Part shown: positions 16,583-27,500 of the stretch, in pieces | Numbering within the stretch: position 1 is the stretch's first letter | Layout: each line of letters begins with the position of its first letter | Assembly (NCBI GenBank): GCA_031555735.1 | Contig: JAVBUE010000004.1 | Location: forward strand, 1,790-65,789 | Direction: 5' to 3' | Source of the DNA: Tannerellaceae bacterium | GTDB taxonomy: Bacteria; Bacteroidota; Bacteroidia; Bacteroidales; Tannerellaceae | DNA: 64,000 nucleotides | Translations under genes and position numbers: made by a program | Notes under the pieces: model-generated | What the model saw: only the letters and a program-made list of their open reading frames with translations | What the model was told of the DNA's origin: nothing | The model's database searches: none

Positions 16583-16636
16583 GCCTTCAAAGTCCTTAAA
16601 GCCCTTGTAGCCCTTAAAGCCCTTGAAGCCCTTCAA
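16583..16636 (+). repeat. six tandem 9-bp units GCCCTTNAA in the leuA-leuC spacer
   Basis: gccttcaaa gtccttaaa gcccttgta gcccttaaa gcccttgaa gcccttcaa, read directly from the sequence. Stops occur in the + frames, so it is non-coding. Confidence 0.9.
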
Positions 16637-16648
16637 AAAACAGCAACA

Positions 16649-18046
16649 ATGAGCAAAACACTCTTCGACAAAATCTGGGATAAGCACCTCGTCGATACGC
16701 TTGCCGATGGTACGATCCAATTGTACATAGACCGCCTGTACTGTCACGAAGTGACCAGTCCCCAGGCTTTCGCCGGTCTGCGCGAGAGAGGCCTGCAGCC
16801 TTTCCGTCCGGCGCAGATCACCTGTATCCCTGACCATAACATCCCCACCCTCCATCAGGACAAACCGATTGAAGACCCTGTATCCAAAAACCAGGTGGAT
16901 ACACTGGAACGGAATGCCACCGACTTCGGCCTGCCATACTACGGCCTGTTGCATCCGAAGAATGGCATTATCCACGTGGTAGGTCCGGAAACCGGTCTTA
17001 CGCAGCCGGGCATGACCATTGTCTGTGGCGATTCGCACACCTCTACCCACGGTGCGATGGGAGCGATCGCCTTCGGTATCGGCACCAGCGAAGTAGAAAT
17101 GACGCTTGCCACCCAGTGCATCATGCAGCGCAAGCCCCAGACCATGCGGATCACGGTGGACGGACATCTCAAAGCGGGGGTTACTGCCAAAGATATCGCT
17201 CTCTACATCATCAGCAGGATGACTACCGGCGGGGCTACCGGCTACTTCGTGGAATATGCCGGTGAAGCCATCCGTAACGCATCCATGGAAGAACGGCTTA
17301 CCATCTGTAACCTATCCATCGAGATGGGAGCCCGGGGTGGAATGATCGCTCCCGACCAAGTCACATTCGACTACCTGAAAGACCGTGAATTCGCTCCCCG
17401 TGGCGCCGAATGGGAACAGAAAGTGTCCGAATGGCGGGAACTGTATAGCGACCCCGACGCCACATTCGACAAAGAGATCCGTTTCCAGGCGGAAGACATC
17501 GAACCGATGATCACCTACGGAACCAACCCCGGGATGGGCATGGGTATCCGTGCATCCATCCCTTCCCTGGAAAGCGTGGATGAAGCAGGCCGTATCTCTT
17601 ATAAAAAGTCGTTGGATTATATGGGCTTCACTGCGGGTGAACCTGTACAGGGAAAGACGATCGACTATGTATTCCTTGGCAGCTGCACCAACGGCCGCAT
17701 TGAAGACTTCCGCGCCTTCGCTTCCATGGTGAAAGGAAGGCAGAAAGCAGCGGGCGTGACCGCCTGGCTCGTTCCCGGCAGTTGGATGGTGGAAAAACAG
17801 ATACGTGTAGAAGGAATAGACAAGGTATTGGCTGAAGCAGGCTTCGAACTCCGCCAGCCCGGCTGTTCCGCCTGCCTCGCGATGAACGATGACAAGGTGC
17901 CCGCCGGCAAATACGCCGTATCCACCTCCAACCGCAACTTCGAAGGCCGCCAAGGTCCCGGTGCCCGCACCCTCCTGGCCGGTCCGCTTGTTGCCGCCGC
18001 CGCCGCCGTCACCGGCCGTATCACCGATCCCCGCGAATTAATCTAA
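16649..18046 (+). CDS. leuC: 3-isopropylmalate dehydratase, large subunit
   Basis: 465 aa. Aconitase-family motifs [26 protein letters not shown]. Confidence 0.97.
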   Translation: MSKTLFDKIWDKHLVDTLADGTIQLYIDRLYCHEVTSPQAFAGLRERGLQPFRPAQITCIPDHNIPTLHQDKPIEDPVSKNQVDTLERNATDFGLPYYGLLHPKNGIIHVVGPETGLTQPGMTIVCGDSHTSTHGAMGAIAFGIGTSEVEMTLATQCIMQRKPQTMRITVDGHLKAGVTAKDIALYIISRMTTGGATGYFVEYAGEAIRNASMEERLTICNLSIEMGARGGMIAPDQVTFDYLKDREFAPRGAEWEQKVSEWRELYSDPDATFDKEIRFQAEDIEPMITYGTNPGMGMGIRASIPSLESVDEAGRISYKKSLDYMGFTAGEPVQGKTIDYVFLGSCTNGRIEDFRAFASMVKGRQKAAGVTAWLVPGSWMVEKQIRVEGIDKVLAEAGFELRQPGCSACLAMNDDKVPAGKYAVSTSNRNFEGRQGPGARTLLAGPLVAAAAAVTGRITDPRELI

Positions 18047-18071
18047 TAGTAATCACTGTATTTATGAGCAC

Positions 18072-18098
18072 ACAGATCAGACAGATCAGACAGATGAA
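18072..18098 (+). repeat. three tandem 9-bp units ACAGATCAG/ACAGATCAG/ACAGATGAA in the leuC-leuD spacer, the last containing the probable leuD ATG
   Basis: Read directly: acagatcag acagatcag acagatgaa. Confidence 0.9.
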
Positions 18099-18684
18099 AC
18101 AGAAAATCAATAACATCACATCCACCTGCGTTCCCCTACCCCTGGAGAATGTGGACACAGACCAGATTATTCCGGCGCGATTCCTGAAAGCGACGACACG
18201 CGAAGGTTTCGGCGATAACCTCTTCCGCGACTGGAAGTACGACAAGGAAGGGAAACTGAACCCGGACTTTGTGCTCAACCAGGGCGTTTATAAAGGGGAG
18301 ATACTTGTAGCCGGTAAAAACTTCGGCAGTGGCAGCAGCCGCGAACATGCCGCATGGGCAATTGCCGGTTATGGGTTCAAAGTAGTTGTCAGCAGCTTCT
18401 TTGCCGATATATTCAAGAACAATTCGATGAACAACGGCCTGCTGCCTGTGGTCGTCTCACCGGAGTTCCTGGCGGAAATCTTCGATTCCATCGAGGCTGA
18501 TCCCGCCCATACGTTGACCGTCAACCTCGCCGCCCAAACCGTTACCAACAACGCCACGGGCCACAGCGAGCACTTCGACATCAACGCCTATAAGAAGGAC
18601 TGCCTCCTCAACGGCCTCGACGACATCGACTACCTCCTCGCCAACAAATCCAAAATCGAAAGCTATGAAGCAAATAGATCATAA
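18094..18684 (+). CDS. leuD: 3-isopropylmalate dehydratase, small subunit
   Basis: [32 protein letters not shown] aligns with the E. coli LeuD N-terminus, so I prefer the ATG at 18094 over the track start at 18064. Also [16 protein letters not shown]. Confidence 0.93.
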   Translation: MKQKINNITSTCVPLPLENVDTDQIIPARFLKATTREGFGDNLFRDWKYDKEGKLNPDFVLNQGVYKGEILVAGKNFGSGSSREHAAWAIAGYGFKVVVSSFFADIFKNNSMNNGLLPVVVSPEFLAEIFDSIEADPAHTLTVNLAAQTVTNNATGHSEHFDINAYKKDCLLNGLDDIDYLLANKSKIESYEANRS

Positions 18685-20197
18685 TATGATAGAAATAATG
18701 GATACCACCCTGCGGGATGGGGAACAGACTACCGGTGTTTCGTTTGCTTCGCATGAGAAACTGGTAATTGCGCAAATGCTATTGGGAGAGGCGGGAGTGA
18801 ACCGGGTAGAGATTGCTTCGGCACGTGTGTCGGACGGTGAGTTTGAGGCCGTGAAGCGGGTCGCGACCTGGGCGGCAAAGACAGGCAACCTGGATCGCCT
18901 TGAGGTGCTCGGCTTCGTGGACGGAGATGCGTCGCTCAATTGGATCGAGGCCACCGGTTGCCGGGTGGTCAACCTCTTGTGCAAAGGATCCTACAAGCAC
19001 GTCACCGAACAACTTCGCCGCACACCCGAACAGCACTTCGCCGATATCCGCCATGTAGTAGGCCTGGCCATCAGTAAGCAGATGGATGTCAATATCTATC
19101 TGGAAGACTGGTCGAACGGCATCCGCCAATCACCCGACTATGTCTTTCAGATGGTAGATGCGTTGCACGATCTGCCCATCCGCCGTTTTATGATCCCGGA
19201 TACACTGGGTATCCTCAACCCGGCGAATACATACGAGTATTGCACGCAGATGGTAGAGCGTTACCCGGATCTGTGGTTCGACTTCCATCCGCACAACGAC
19301 TACGACCTGGCTGTCGCCAATGCCTTTTCGGCCGTCAAAGCCGGTGTCAGAGGTGTACATACCACCGTCAACGGCCTGGGGGAACGTGCCGGAAACGCGC
19401 CGCTCAGCAGCGTGATCGCCGTTCTCAAAGACCAGCTGGGCGTATGTACCTCCATCCATGAAGACAAGATCAACAAGGTGAGTAAGCTGGTTGAAACCTA
19501 TTCGGGGATACACATCGCCCCCAATAAACCGATCGTAGGCGAGTATGTATTCACCCAATGCGCCGGCGTCCACGCCGATGGCGACAGCAAGAACAACCTG
19601 TATTACAACGATCTCCTGCCCGAACGTTTCGGCCGTATCCGCGAATATGCCCTGGGTAAGACATCGGGGAAAGCCAACATCCGCAAAAACCTCGAATCGC
19701 TCGGTATCGATATGGACGATGACTCCATGCGCAAAGTAACCGAACGCATCATTGAGCTCGGGGATAAAAAGGAGATCGTAACACAGGAAGACCTTCCCTA
19801 TATCATCAGCGATGTGCTCAACCAGGAAACGAAAGGGGAGGAACGCATCCGTATCCTCAACTATTCCCTGTCGCTGACACAGGGATTGCGACCGGTGGCG
19901 ACGCTCAAGATAGAGATCAACGGCGAGGCGTACGAGCAATCGGCTTCCGGCGACGGCCAGTACGACGCTTTTGTACGCGCCCTCCGCAAGATCTATGCCG
20001 ACCTGGGACGTCCGTTCCCGATGCTGACGAATTATTCGGTCACCATCCCTCCCGGAGGTCGCACGGATGCGTTCGTGCAAACCATCATCAGTTGGAACTA
20101 CGCCGGCATCGACTTCAAAACGCGTGGTCTCGACGCCGACCAGACCGAAGCCGCCATCAAAGCCACCCTCAAAATGTTAAATAAAATAGAAGCATAA
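18665..20197 (+). CDS. cimA: second LeuA-family enzyme, citramalate-synthase-like
   Basis: 510 aa. [30 protein letters not shown], and a C-terminal LeuA-dimer-like domain. It resembles CimA-type enzymes more than the leuA paralog at 15074. The start could be 18686 or 18698. The symbol is tentative. Confidence 0.7.
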   Translation: MKQIDHNMIEIMDTTLRDGEQTTGVSFASHEKLVIAQMLLGEAGVNRVEIASARVSDGEFEAVKRVATWAAKTGNLDRLEVLGFVDGDASLNWIEATGCRVVNLLCKGSYKHVTEQLRRTPEQHFADIRHVVGLAISKQMDVNIYLEDWSNGIRQSPDYVFQMVDALHDLPIRRFMIPDTLGILNPANTYEYCTQMVERYPDLWFDFHPHNDYDLAVANAFSAVKAGVRGVHTTVNGLGERAGNAPLSSVIAVLKDQLGVCTSIHEDKINKVSKLVETYSGIHIAPNKPIVGEYVFTQCAGVHADGDSKNNLYYNDLLPERFGRIREYALGKTSGKANIRKNLESLGIDMDDDSMRKVTERIIELGDKKEIVTQEDLPYIISDVLNQETKGEERIRILNYSLSLTQGLRPVATLKIEINGEAYEQSASGDGQYDAFVRALRKIYADLGRPFPMLTNYSVTIPPGGRTDAFVQTIISWNYAGIDFKTRGLDADQTEAAIKATLKMLNKIEA

Positions 20198-21270
20198 TGA
20201 AACTAAACATTGCAGTATTGGCCGGTGATGGTATCGGCCCCGAGATTGTAGAACAAGGAATGAAAGCCGTAAAAGCCGTGTGCCGGAAATTCGGTCATGA
20301 GCTTCAGTATGAAGAAGCGCTGGTGGGAGCTGCCGCCATCGACGCGGTAGGGAATCCGTATCCCGACACCACGCACGACTTGTGCATGCGGAGCGACGCC
20401 GTGCTATTCGGCGCCATCGGTTCACCGAAGTACGACAACGACCCCGCGGCCAAAGTACGCCCGGAGCAAGGGCTGCTGGCCATGCGTAAGAAACTGGGGC
20501 TTTATGCCAACCTGCGTCCGGTGACGACGTTCCCTTCGCTGATCGACAAATCCCCTTTACGCGCCGACCTGGTGGAAGGAGCCGACTTCATGTGTATCCG
20601 CGAACTCACGGGCGGAATGTATTTCGGTCGCCCGCAAGGCAGGAGCGAAGATGGTCATACGGCTTACGACACCTGCGTCTATACCCGTGAGGAGATCGAC
20701 CGCATCGTACGCCTCGCCTACCGCTATGCACAGCAGCGCCGGAAGAAACTGACCGTTGTGGATAAGGCCAACGTATTGGCCACCTCCCGCCTCTGGAGGC
20801 AGGTGGCACAGGAAATAGAGAAAGAGTATCCGGATGTGGCCACCGAGTATATGTTTGTCGATAACGCCGCCATGCGCCTCATCCAATGGCCGAAAAGCTT
20901 TGACGTGATGGTGACGGAGAACATGTTTGGCGACATCCTCACCGACGAAGCCTCTGTCATCACCGGCTCGCTGGGCATGTTGCCCTCCGCCTCCATCGGT
21001 ATCCACACCTCCGTGTTCGAACCCATCCACGGTTCATACCCGCAGGCGGCGGGAAAGAACATCGCCAACCCGTTGGCTACGATCCTGAGCGCCGCCCTGA
21101 TGTTCGAATACGCTTTCCAGGCAATGCCCGAAGGGGCGCTGATCCGGCAGGCCGTGACCGCCTCCATGGACGCGGGAATAGTAACCGAAGACATCGCCCG
21201 CAGCGGCAAAGCCTATTCCACCAGCGAAGTGGGTGATTGGATAGCCGAAGCCATTTCCAAACCGTTGTAA
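20197..21270 (+). CDS. leuB: 3-isopropylmalate dehydrogenase
   Basis: 357 aa. [42 protein letters not shown]. Confidence 0.97.
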   Translation: MKLNIAVLAGDGIGPEIVEQGMKAVKAVCRKFGHELQYEEALVGAAAIDAVGNPYPDTTHDLCMRSDAVLFGAIGSPKYDNDPAAKVRPEQGLLAMRKKLGLYANLRPVTTFPSLIDKSPLRADLVEGADFMCIRELTGGMYFGRPQGRSEDGHTAYDTCVYTREEIDRIVRLAYRYAQQRRKKLTVVDKANVLATSRLWRQVAQEIEKEYPDVATEYMFVDNAAMRLIQWPKSFDVMVTENMFGDILTDEASVITGSLGMLPSASIGIHTSVFEPIHGSYPQAAGKNIANPLATILSAALMFEYAFQAMPEGALIRQAVTASMDAGIVTEDIARSGKAYSTSEVGDWIAEAISKPL

Positions 21271-21389
21271 GCCGTAGGAAGACGGATCGTCCGCATACGG
21301 ATCGTCTTTTTCAGCCCCTTCTTTTGTCAACAACCGTATCTTCTATGGTCCTCAATAAGAGGAAGTAATGTCACGATGCGGAGGGTTTA

Positions 21390-21477
21390 TTCTTCCCACC
21401 GTGGTGGAAACATCTTCCCACCCTTGTGGGAACCTCTTTCCACCACGGTGGGAAGAGGTTTCCACAAGGGTGGGAAG
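21390..21477. repeat. four exactly 22-bp phased quasi-palindromic units TTCCCACC-N2-4-GGTGG(G)AA arranged U1 U2 rc(U1) rc(U2)
   Basis: ttcttcccaccgtggtggaaac | atcttcccacccttgtgggaac | ctctttccaccacggtgggaag | aggtttccacaagggtgggaag. It lies between the convergent leuB and galM genes. Confidence 0.9.
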
Positions 21478-21577
21478 AATAGTTCTTCCGGATGCCTGAC
21501 TTAGATCTACCTGATGCTGACGATAATTCATCCGGTTGTTGACAATAGAGCCGTAGAGTCCCTTCTCGATCGTTCGC

Positions 21578-22708
21578 TTATTCTACCGTGAACTTATAGA
21601 TACATTCGCTGAAATATTTTTCGCCCGGACGGAGAACGGTGGTCGGGAAGTTCGGCTGGTTGGGACTGTCGGGATAGTGTTGTGTTTCCAGACAGAAGGC
21701 GCCCCGGTGCGGATACAGGGTATCATGCTTACCCTTGTCGGTTCCCGCCATGAAGTTGCCTGCATAGAACTGTACACCCGGTTCGTTGGTATATACTTCG
21801 AGGGCGATCCCTGTTGCGGGGCTGTAAGCCTTAGCTGCCAGCACGTTGATATCTCCTTTTGCATTGAGCACCCAGTTATGGTCGTATCCGCGTCCTTTCA
21901 CCAACTGGTCGAAAGCGTCGTCGATATGCGCTCCAATGGCAACGGGTTGCCGCAGGTCCATCGGCGTACCATCCACAGCAGGCAGTTCGCCTGTCGGGAT
22001 CAGCGTGGAATCCACCGGCGTATAGGTATCGGCGTTGATCATAATCGTCTGATCCAGGTTCTGTGATCCCGACAACGCGCCATTCAGGTTGAAATAGCTG
22101 TGGTTAGTCAGGTTGCATACGGTTGCTTTATCCGTCGTAGCCTCATACTTGATATCGATGGCATTATCGTCGGTCAGCGTATAGGTCACCTTGATATTCA
22201 GGTTGCCCGGGAAACCGGCTTCGCCATCAGCAGACAGGTACGTAAGTTCCAGTGTCTGGCCGTTCACCTGGTTGGCATCCCATACTTTGGCATGGTATCC
22301 GTTCGGTCCGCCGTGCAGGCAGTGTCCGTTGTTGTTCTGCGGCAGCGTATATTCCACACTGTCCAGGGTGAATTTGCCGTTGGCGATACGGTTACCGTAC
22401 CGTCCGATCAATGCGCCGTAGTTGCCGTCGATCGCCACATAATCCACAATGTTGTCGTAACCCAAAACCACATCCGTCAGTTTTTCCTGTTTGTCGGGTA
22501 CCATGAGTGAGACGAGGCGTCCGCCATAATTGGTGATACAAGCCTCCGCGCCGTTTTTGTTTGTCAGCACATACAATCCGACGTTTTTGGTTTCCACGAT
22601 CGACTCAAAATCAGCCTTTTTCAGGCCGGAGAGGGTGGTTTCTTCTTTCTTTTCGGCGCATGAGAAACATACACATGCAGCCAGCAATGCCAATACTGTT
22701 CTTTTCAT
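21578..22708 (-). CDS. galM: aldose 1-epimerase (galactose mutarotase), lipoprotein-type signal
   Basis: 376 aa. LLAACVCFSC lipobox-like signal, then GRYGNRIANGKFTLD..EYTLPQNNNGHCLHGG, CLETQHYPDSPN. Confidence 0.9.
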   Translation of the reverse strand: MKRTVLALLAACVCFSCAEKKEETTLSGLKKADFESIVETKNVGLYVLTNKNGAEACITNYGGRLVSLMVPDKQEKLTDVVLGYDNIVDYVAIDGNYGALIGRYGNRIANGKFTLDSVEYTLPQNNNGHCLHGGPNGYHAKVWDANQVNGQTLELTYLSADGEAGFPGNLNIKVTYTLTDDNAIDIKYEATTDKATVCNLTNHSYFNLNGALSGSQNLDQTIMINADTYTPVDSTLIPTGELPAVDGTPMDLRQPVAIGAHIDDAFDQLVKGRGYDHNWVLNAKGDINVLAAKAYSPATGIALEVYTNEPGVQFYAGNFMAGTDKGKHDTLYPHRGAFCLETQHYPDSPNQPNFPTTVLRPGEKYFSECIYKFTVE

Positions 22709-22880
22709 TCCGATGAGTGTTAATTAATATGTTGTATGGAGCGGCAAATATACGCTTTTCTGTGTTATTACATTGTAAAACAATGCAAAAAACAATCCGT
22801 ACGCGATCCGATACCTGAGAAAAAAAACTAAAAATGCAGGCTTCTTTCCGCCCATTTATTGTTTTCTCGGTTCCCTTTCG

Positions 22881-22888
22881 TACATTTG
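22881..22888 (+). promoter_or_regulatory. -7 box TAcaTTTG for thyA
   Basis: Exact motif 23 nt upstream of the ATG at 22911. Confidence 0.45.
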
Positions 22889-22910
22889 TAACCCACTATA
22901 ATCGGTAAGC

Positions 22911-23705
22911 ATGAAACAATATCTGGCATTACTCGAGCGGGTACTGAGCGAAGGTGTGAAAAAAGAAGACCGCACAAACACCGGTACATACAGCATATTC
23001 GGTCATCAGATGCGATTCGACCTGTCGGAAGGGTTCCCGATGCTTACCACCAAAAAGCTGCATCTCAAATCCATCATTTACGAACTGCTCTGGTTCTTAC
23101 GGGGAGACACGAACGTGAAATACCTGCAGGAGAATGGCGTACGTATCTGGAACGAATGGGCGGACGCCGACGGCGAACTCGGCCCTGTCTATGGCTACCA
23201 ATGGCGTTCGTGGCCTGATTATAGCGGAGGACATATCGACCAGATCAGCGAAGTGGTGGATACGATCCGCCGCAATCCCGACTCACGCCGCATGATCGTG
23301 AGTGCTTGGAACGTAGGAGATCTGAACAACATGAAGTTGCCCCCCTGCCATGCCTTCTTCCAGTTTTACGTGGCCGACGGGCGGTTGAGCCTCCAGCTCT
23401 ACCAGCGCAGCGCGGATATATTCCTGGGCGTACCGTTCAACATCGCATCCTACGCGTTGCTGTTGCAGATGATGGCGCAGGTTACCGGTCTCCGTCCCGG
23501 CGATTTCGTCCATACCCTGGGAGATGCCCATATTTACACCAACCATATCGAACAGGTACGCCTCCAGCTCGCACGCGAACCGCGCGCCCTGCCGGTGATG
23601 CGTATCAACCCGGACGTAACAGATATTTTTCATTTCACATACGAAGATTTTACACTCCTCAATTACGATCCCCATCCGCATATCAAGGGTGATGTGGCGG
23701 TTTAA
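22911..23705 (+). CDS. thyA: thymidylate synthase
   Basis: 264 aa. [47 protein letters not shown] (catalytic Cys), DAHIYTNH. Confidence 0.98.
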   Translation: MKQYLALLERVLSEGVKKEDRTNTGTYSIFGHQMRFDLSEGFPMLTTKKLHLKSIIYELLWFLRGDTNVKYLQENGVRIWNEWADADGELGPVYGYQWRSWPDYSGGHIDQISEVVDTIRRNPDSRRMIVSAWNVGDLNNMKLPPCHAFFQFYVADGRLSLQLYQRSADIFLGVPFNIASYALLLQMMAQVTGLRPGDFVHTLGDAHIYTNHIEQVRLQLAREPRALPVMRINPDVTDIFHFTYEDFTLLNYDPHPHIKGDVAV

Positions 23706-23833
23706 CTATGACTGGTGAAAAAGCATGAAACGACATGAACGACATTCCTTACGGGATGTTTGGTGAACTAAATGAGTAGTTTGAAAAAGCGAAGTACGAA
23801 AAAGAAAGTAAGGATCATTAAATCGAAAAGATT

Positions 23834-24337
23834 ATGAGTAAGATTTCTATTATTGCAGCGTTGGCCGATAACAATGCGATCGGTAAGAACCAGCAGTTGA
23901 TGTGGCATTTGCCGGCAGACATGAACCGCTTCAAAGCGCTGACGACAGGGCATGCCGTGATTATGGGGCGTAAAACCTTCGAATCGCTGCCCAAAGGTGC
24001 GCTTCCCAACCGGAAAAACGTGGTGCTTACCTCCTTACCGGAAGCAGGGTTTGTCAACTGTTTCGCCTGTGAGTCGATGCGCGACGCATTGGAGATGTGC
24101 GAGAAGGAAGACGAGATTTTTGTGATCGGCGGCGCTATGGTCTATAGACAAGCCTTAGGGCGTGCGGACAAGATGTACCTGACACGCGTCCATCATGTGT
24201 TTGAAGATGCGACGACATTCTTCCCCGTTGTCAATTACGACGAATGGGAAGAGGTGGAACGGCAGGAGTTTCCCGCCGACGACACGCATCTGTATCCGTT
24301 TACCTTCCTGACCTACATCCGGAAGAAAAAGGCGTAA
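23834..24337 (+). CDS. folA: dihydrofolate reductase
   Basis: 167 aa. ISIIAALADNNAIGKNQQLMWHLPADMNRFKALTTGHAVIMGRKTFESL, VIGGAMVY. Confidence 0.95.
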   Translation: MSKISIIAALADNNAIGKNQQLMWHLPADMNRFKALTTGHAVIMGRKTFESLPKGALPNRKNVVLTSLPEAGFVNCFACESMRDALEMCEKEDEIFVIGGAMVYRQALGRADKMYLTRVHHVFEDATTFFPVVNYDEWEEVERQEFPADDTHLYPFTFLTYIRKKKA

Positions 24338-24359
24338 CAAAGGCAGTCGGCAACCTATC

Positions 24360-24409
24360 AGGCAAACTTCATGACCGTCATCCGGTAATGAGGTTTGCCT
24401 TCTTTATTT
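24360..24409 (+). terminator. intrinsic terminator after folA
   Basis: AGGCAAACTTCAT pairs with ATGAGGTTTGCCT (13 bp, 1 mismatch) around a 15-nt loop, followed by TCTTTATTT. Confidence 0.6.
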
Positions 24410-24502
24410 CTAATTAACATAAAATTTACATTTTTTTATCCTTACTTTGTGTCTATACAAGGGAAAGGACTTGTTCCATTAACAGCTTAACACGATATCG
24501 AT

Positions 24503-27500
24503 ATGAAGCTACGTACCCTCTGCATCATGCTACTGACGACAGGTAGCCTGTCGTGGATCGCTTTCAGCAGTGATATGCAACCCGTACCGCAACCGGCCGA
24601 AGCCATCGCCCGGGCAATGCAACAACAGCAAACGCCCCAGCTGATCAAAGCGCTCATCACCCACCTGAAAGGAGAGTTGGAGAAGGATTACGACAGCTTC
24701 CCCGCGCTGATCGGCAAAGTAGAGGAATACACCCGTACGTGTACCGATCCGGTGGGAACCGCACTCCTGCACTCCATGGCTGCCGAGATGTACAACCGGT
24801 ATTATCAGCAAAACCGTTGGATAATCCGCCAACGGACCAACCTGAGCGCATACACCCCCGACGATATCCGGGAATGGACGGAAAACCTGTTTACCCAAAA
24901 GATAAAAGAAGAGCTGGCCGCTTCCCTCGAACCGGCCGCTCTGTTACAGCAGACTCCTTCCTCCCGATACAAAGAGATCATGGATAGTGGGAAAGACTCA
25001 CCTGCCCTCCGTCCCACCCTGTATGATTTCCTGATCGCCCGCGCTATCGACATCCAACCGACAGACGCGTACTACCAGGAATGGCTGGCCTACCGCCGGA
25101 TGCAGGACAACCCGAAAGCGACCCTGCTGGTGGAACTCGATTACCTGAAATATACCTGCTATCAGCACTATTCGGAAGCGTCCAGACAAGCATACGAATC
25201 CTCGTTAGACAGCCTGTATCGGCAGTATGCCGCGGCAGACTATTCGATCGAGGTACTGATCGAAAAGGTGGAGCTGCTATCCGGCCGCCGCTTGCTATCC
25301 AGCCACCGCGACCAGTCTGCGAAAGAAGATTCCCTTATCGCTACTCAGGTAGCGCTGTGTAAAGAAGGCATCGCCCGCTACCCGCGTTATCCGCGCACGG
25401 CGTCGCTCCGGAACATGCTGGCGTCCTGGGAAACGCCTGTTTTGCAGACGGAGGTATCCAACACGGCCTATCCGAACGACAGTTTATCCATCCGGGTTAT
25501 CTATACGAACGTACGGGACGTAACCATCCGGCTGTACGAAAGCAAACGTGCCCTGTCAGAGATTGCGAACGGCTATACTGCCGATCTCAAAGCGCCCAAA
25601 GGGCGTCTGGTGAAAGATATCCGTATATCCCTTCCCAATTCGCCTTTCATACAGCGCGACACCACCGTGAAGATCCCCACGGCAAACACCGGTTTATTTG
25701 CATGTGTAGTGTCCGTCCCGGGACAGTCGTTGCAAAACGAGCATGTGGTCAGCATCAGCCGGTTGGCAGCCGTCCACCGGCTCATCGGCGCACAGAATGA
25801 AGTATTGGTGACCGATTTCAAGAGCGGTAAACCCATCCCCCAGGCTGTAGTCACGCTGTATCGATCGCGGCAAGGCGGGTATGCGGCGCAGGGCACCTTG
25901 GCGACCGACCGGAACGGATTGGCCCTGCTTCCCCAAGGAGACAAAATACGCGCTTTCCGGGTTTCGCTGCCCAATGATACCGCCTCCCGCTTCGTAGAGG
26001 TGTATTCACCCGAACAACCGGAACTTATCGACCAGGCACAAACAACCGTATCCTTCTTCACCGACCGGAGTATATACCGGCCGGGACAGACCGTAAGTTT
26101 CAAAGGTATCGCCACCCTGATCGGATCCGACCGGTCGCAAGTCGTTCCCCACCGTACGATCCAGGTGTCCTTACATGATGCCAACTACAAAGAGATCGCC
26201 ACGAAGCAGCTTATCACGAATGAATTCGGTTCGTTCCATGGCGAATTCACGTTATCCCGGGAGGCGCTGAACGGCCAATTCTCAATACAAACCGGTATCT
26301 CCTCCATCTATTTCAGGGTGGAAGACTATAAACGGCCCACCTTTGCCGTGGAGCTCGACACGATCCGGGGCGAAGTAGCCTTCGGCGACGAAGTGACGAT
26401 ACAGGGGAAAGCACAGGCTTTCTCCGGGATGGCGCTGACGGAAGGGAATGTAACCTGGCGTATCGTCAGCCGGCCTTTCTGGCTGGGACGGGGGATCCAG
26501 GCTGCTGTCCAGCAGGTCGCAGAGGGGAACAGCCCGCTGGCGGCCGACGGCTCATTCTCCTTCTCGTTCCGTCCGGAGAAGAACGCCAACGATCCTTCTC
26601 CCTGCTACCGCAGCTACGAAGCGACAGTTGTGGTGACCGACAGCAAAGGGGAAAGCCAGGAGACACAGGCATTCTTCAGTGTGGGAGACGTCAGCCTCGT
26701 TTTATCGACCGACCTCCCTGCGATGATCGAAAAGGATTCGTTACGGATGACGGTCACGGCGCAGACATTGAACGGTCAACAGGCAGCCACGACTGGAACC
26801 TGGCGGATCGCCGCCTGGGCAAATACGGGGGAAGAACACCGCTGGCCGTGGGGAGTCCCCTACCAGGAAGGGAAAACCATGGCGTCCGGCGCCTTCCATA
26901 CCGGCCAGCCGTTGGATACCACCCCGCTGCGCGCCCTGCCTTCGGGACGATACCACCTCTACCTCAACGCCCGCGACAGCAAAGGACGGGAGGTCACCCA
27001 TGAACAGGATATGGTTCTGTATGCGCGGGAGGACCAGCATCCGCCTATATTTACCCCATTCTGGATCGTCAACGACCATACCACTTGCCTGCCGGGTGAA
27101 GAAGCGTCGTTCTACCTGGGCACCTCATACCAGGAAGCGCATATCCTGTATGAAGTATTTAATGGGAATGTATGCGTATCCCGTAAACGGATCGTCCTCT
27201 CCAATGAGATCCAACGTTTTACACTTCCTTTCCGTGCCGAATGGAAAGAAGGGGCAGTTGTGGTCTTTACCTTCATCAAAAACGGAGAAATGCATAGCAC
27301 CAACCTCACGCTGGAACGGAAAAAGCCGGATAGGACGCTCGCGATCAAACCCATCACCTTCCGCGACCGGCTGGTTCCCGGCACGAAGGAAAGTTGGACA
27401 TTCCGGATTACGGATGCCGACTCACGGACTGCCGATGCCGAAGTATTGGCAGGAATGTACGACGCGTCGTTAGACAAGCTGATGCCCGGCAGTTGGGTAT

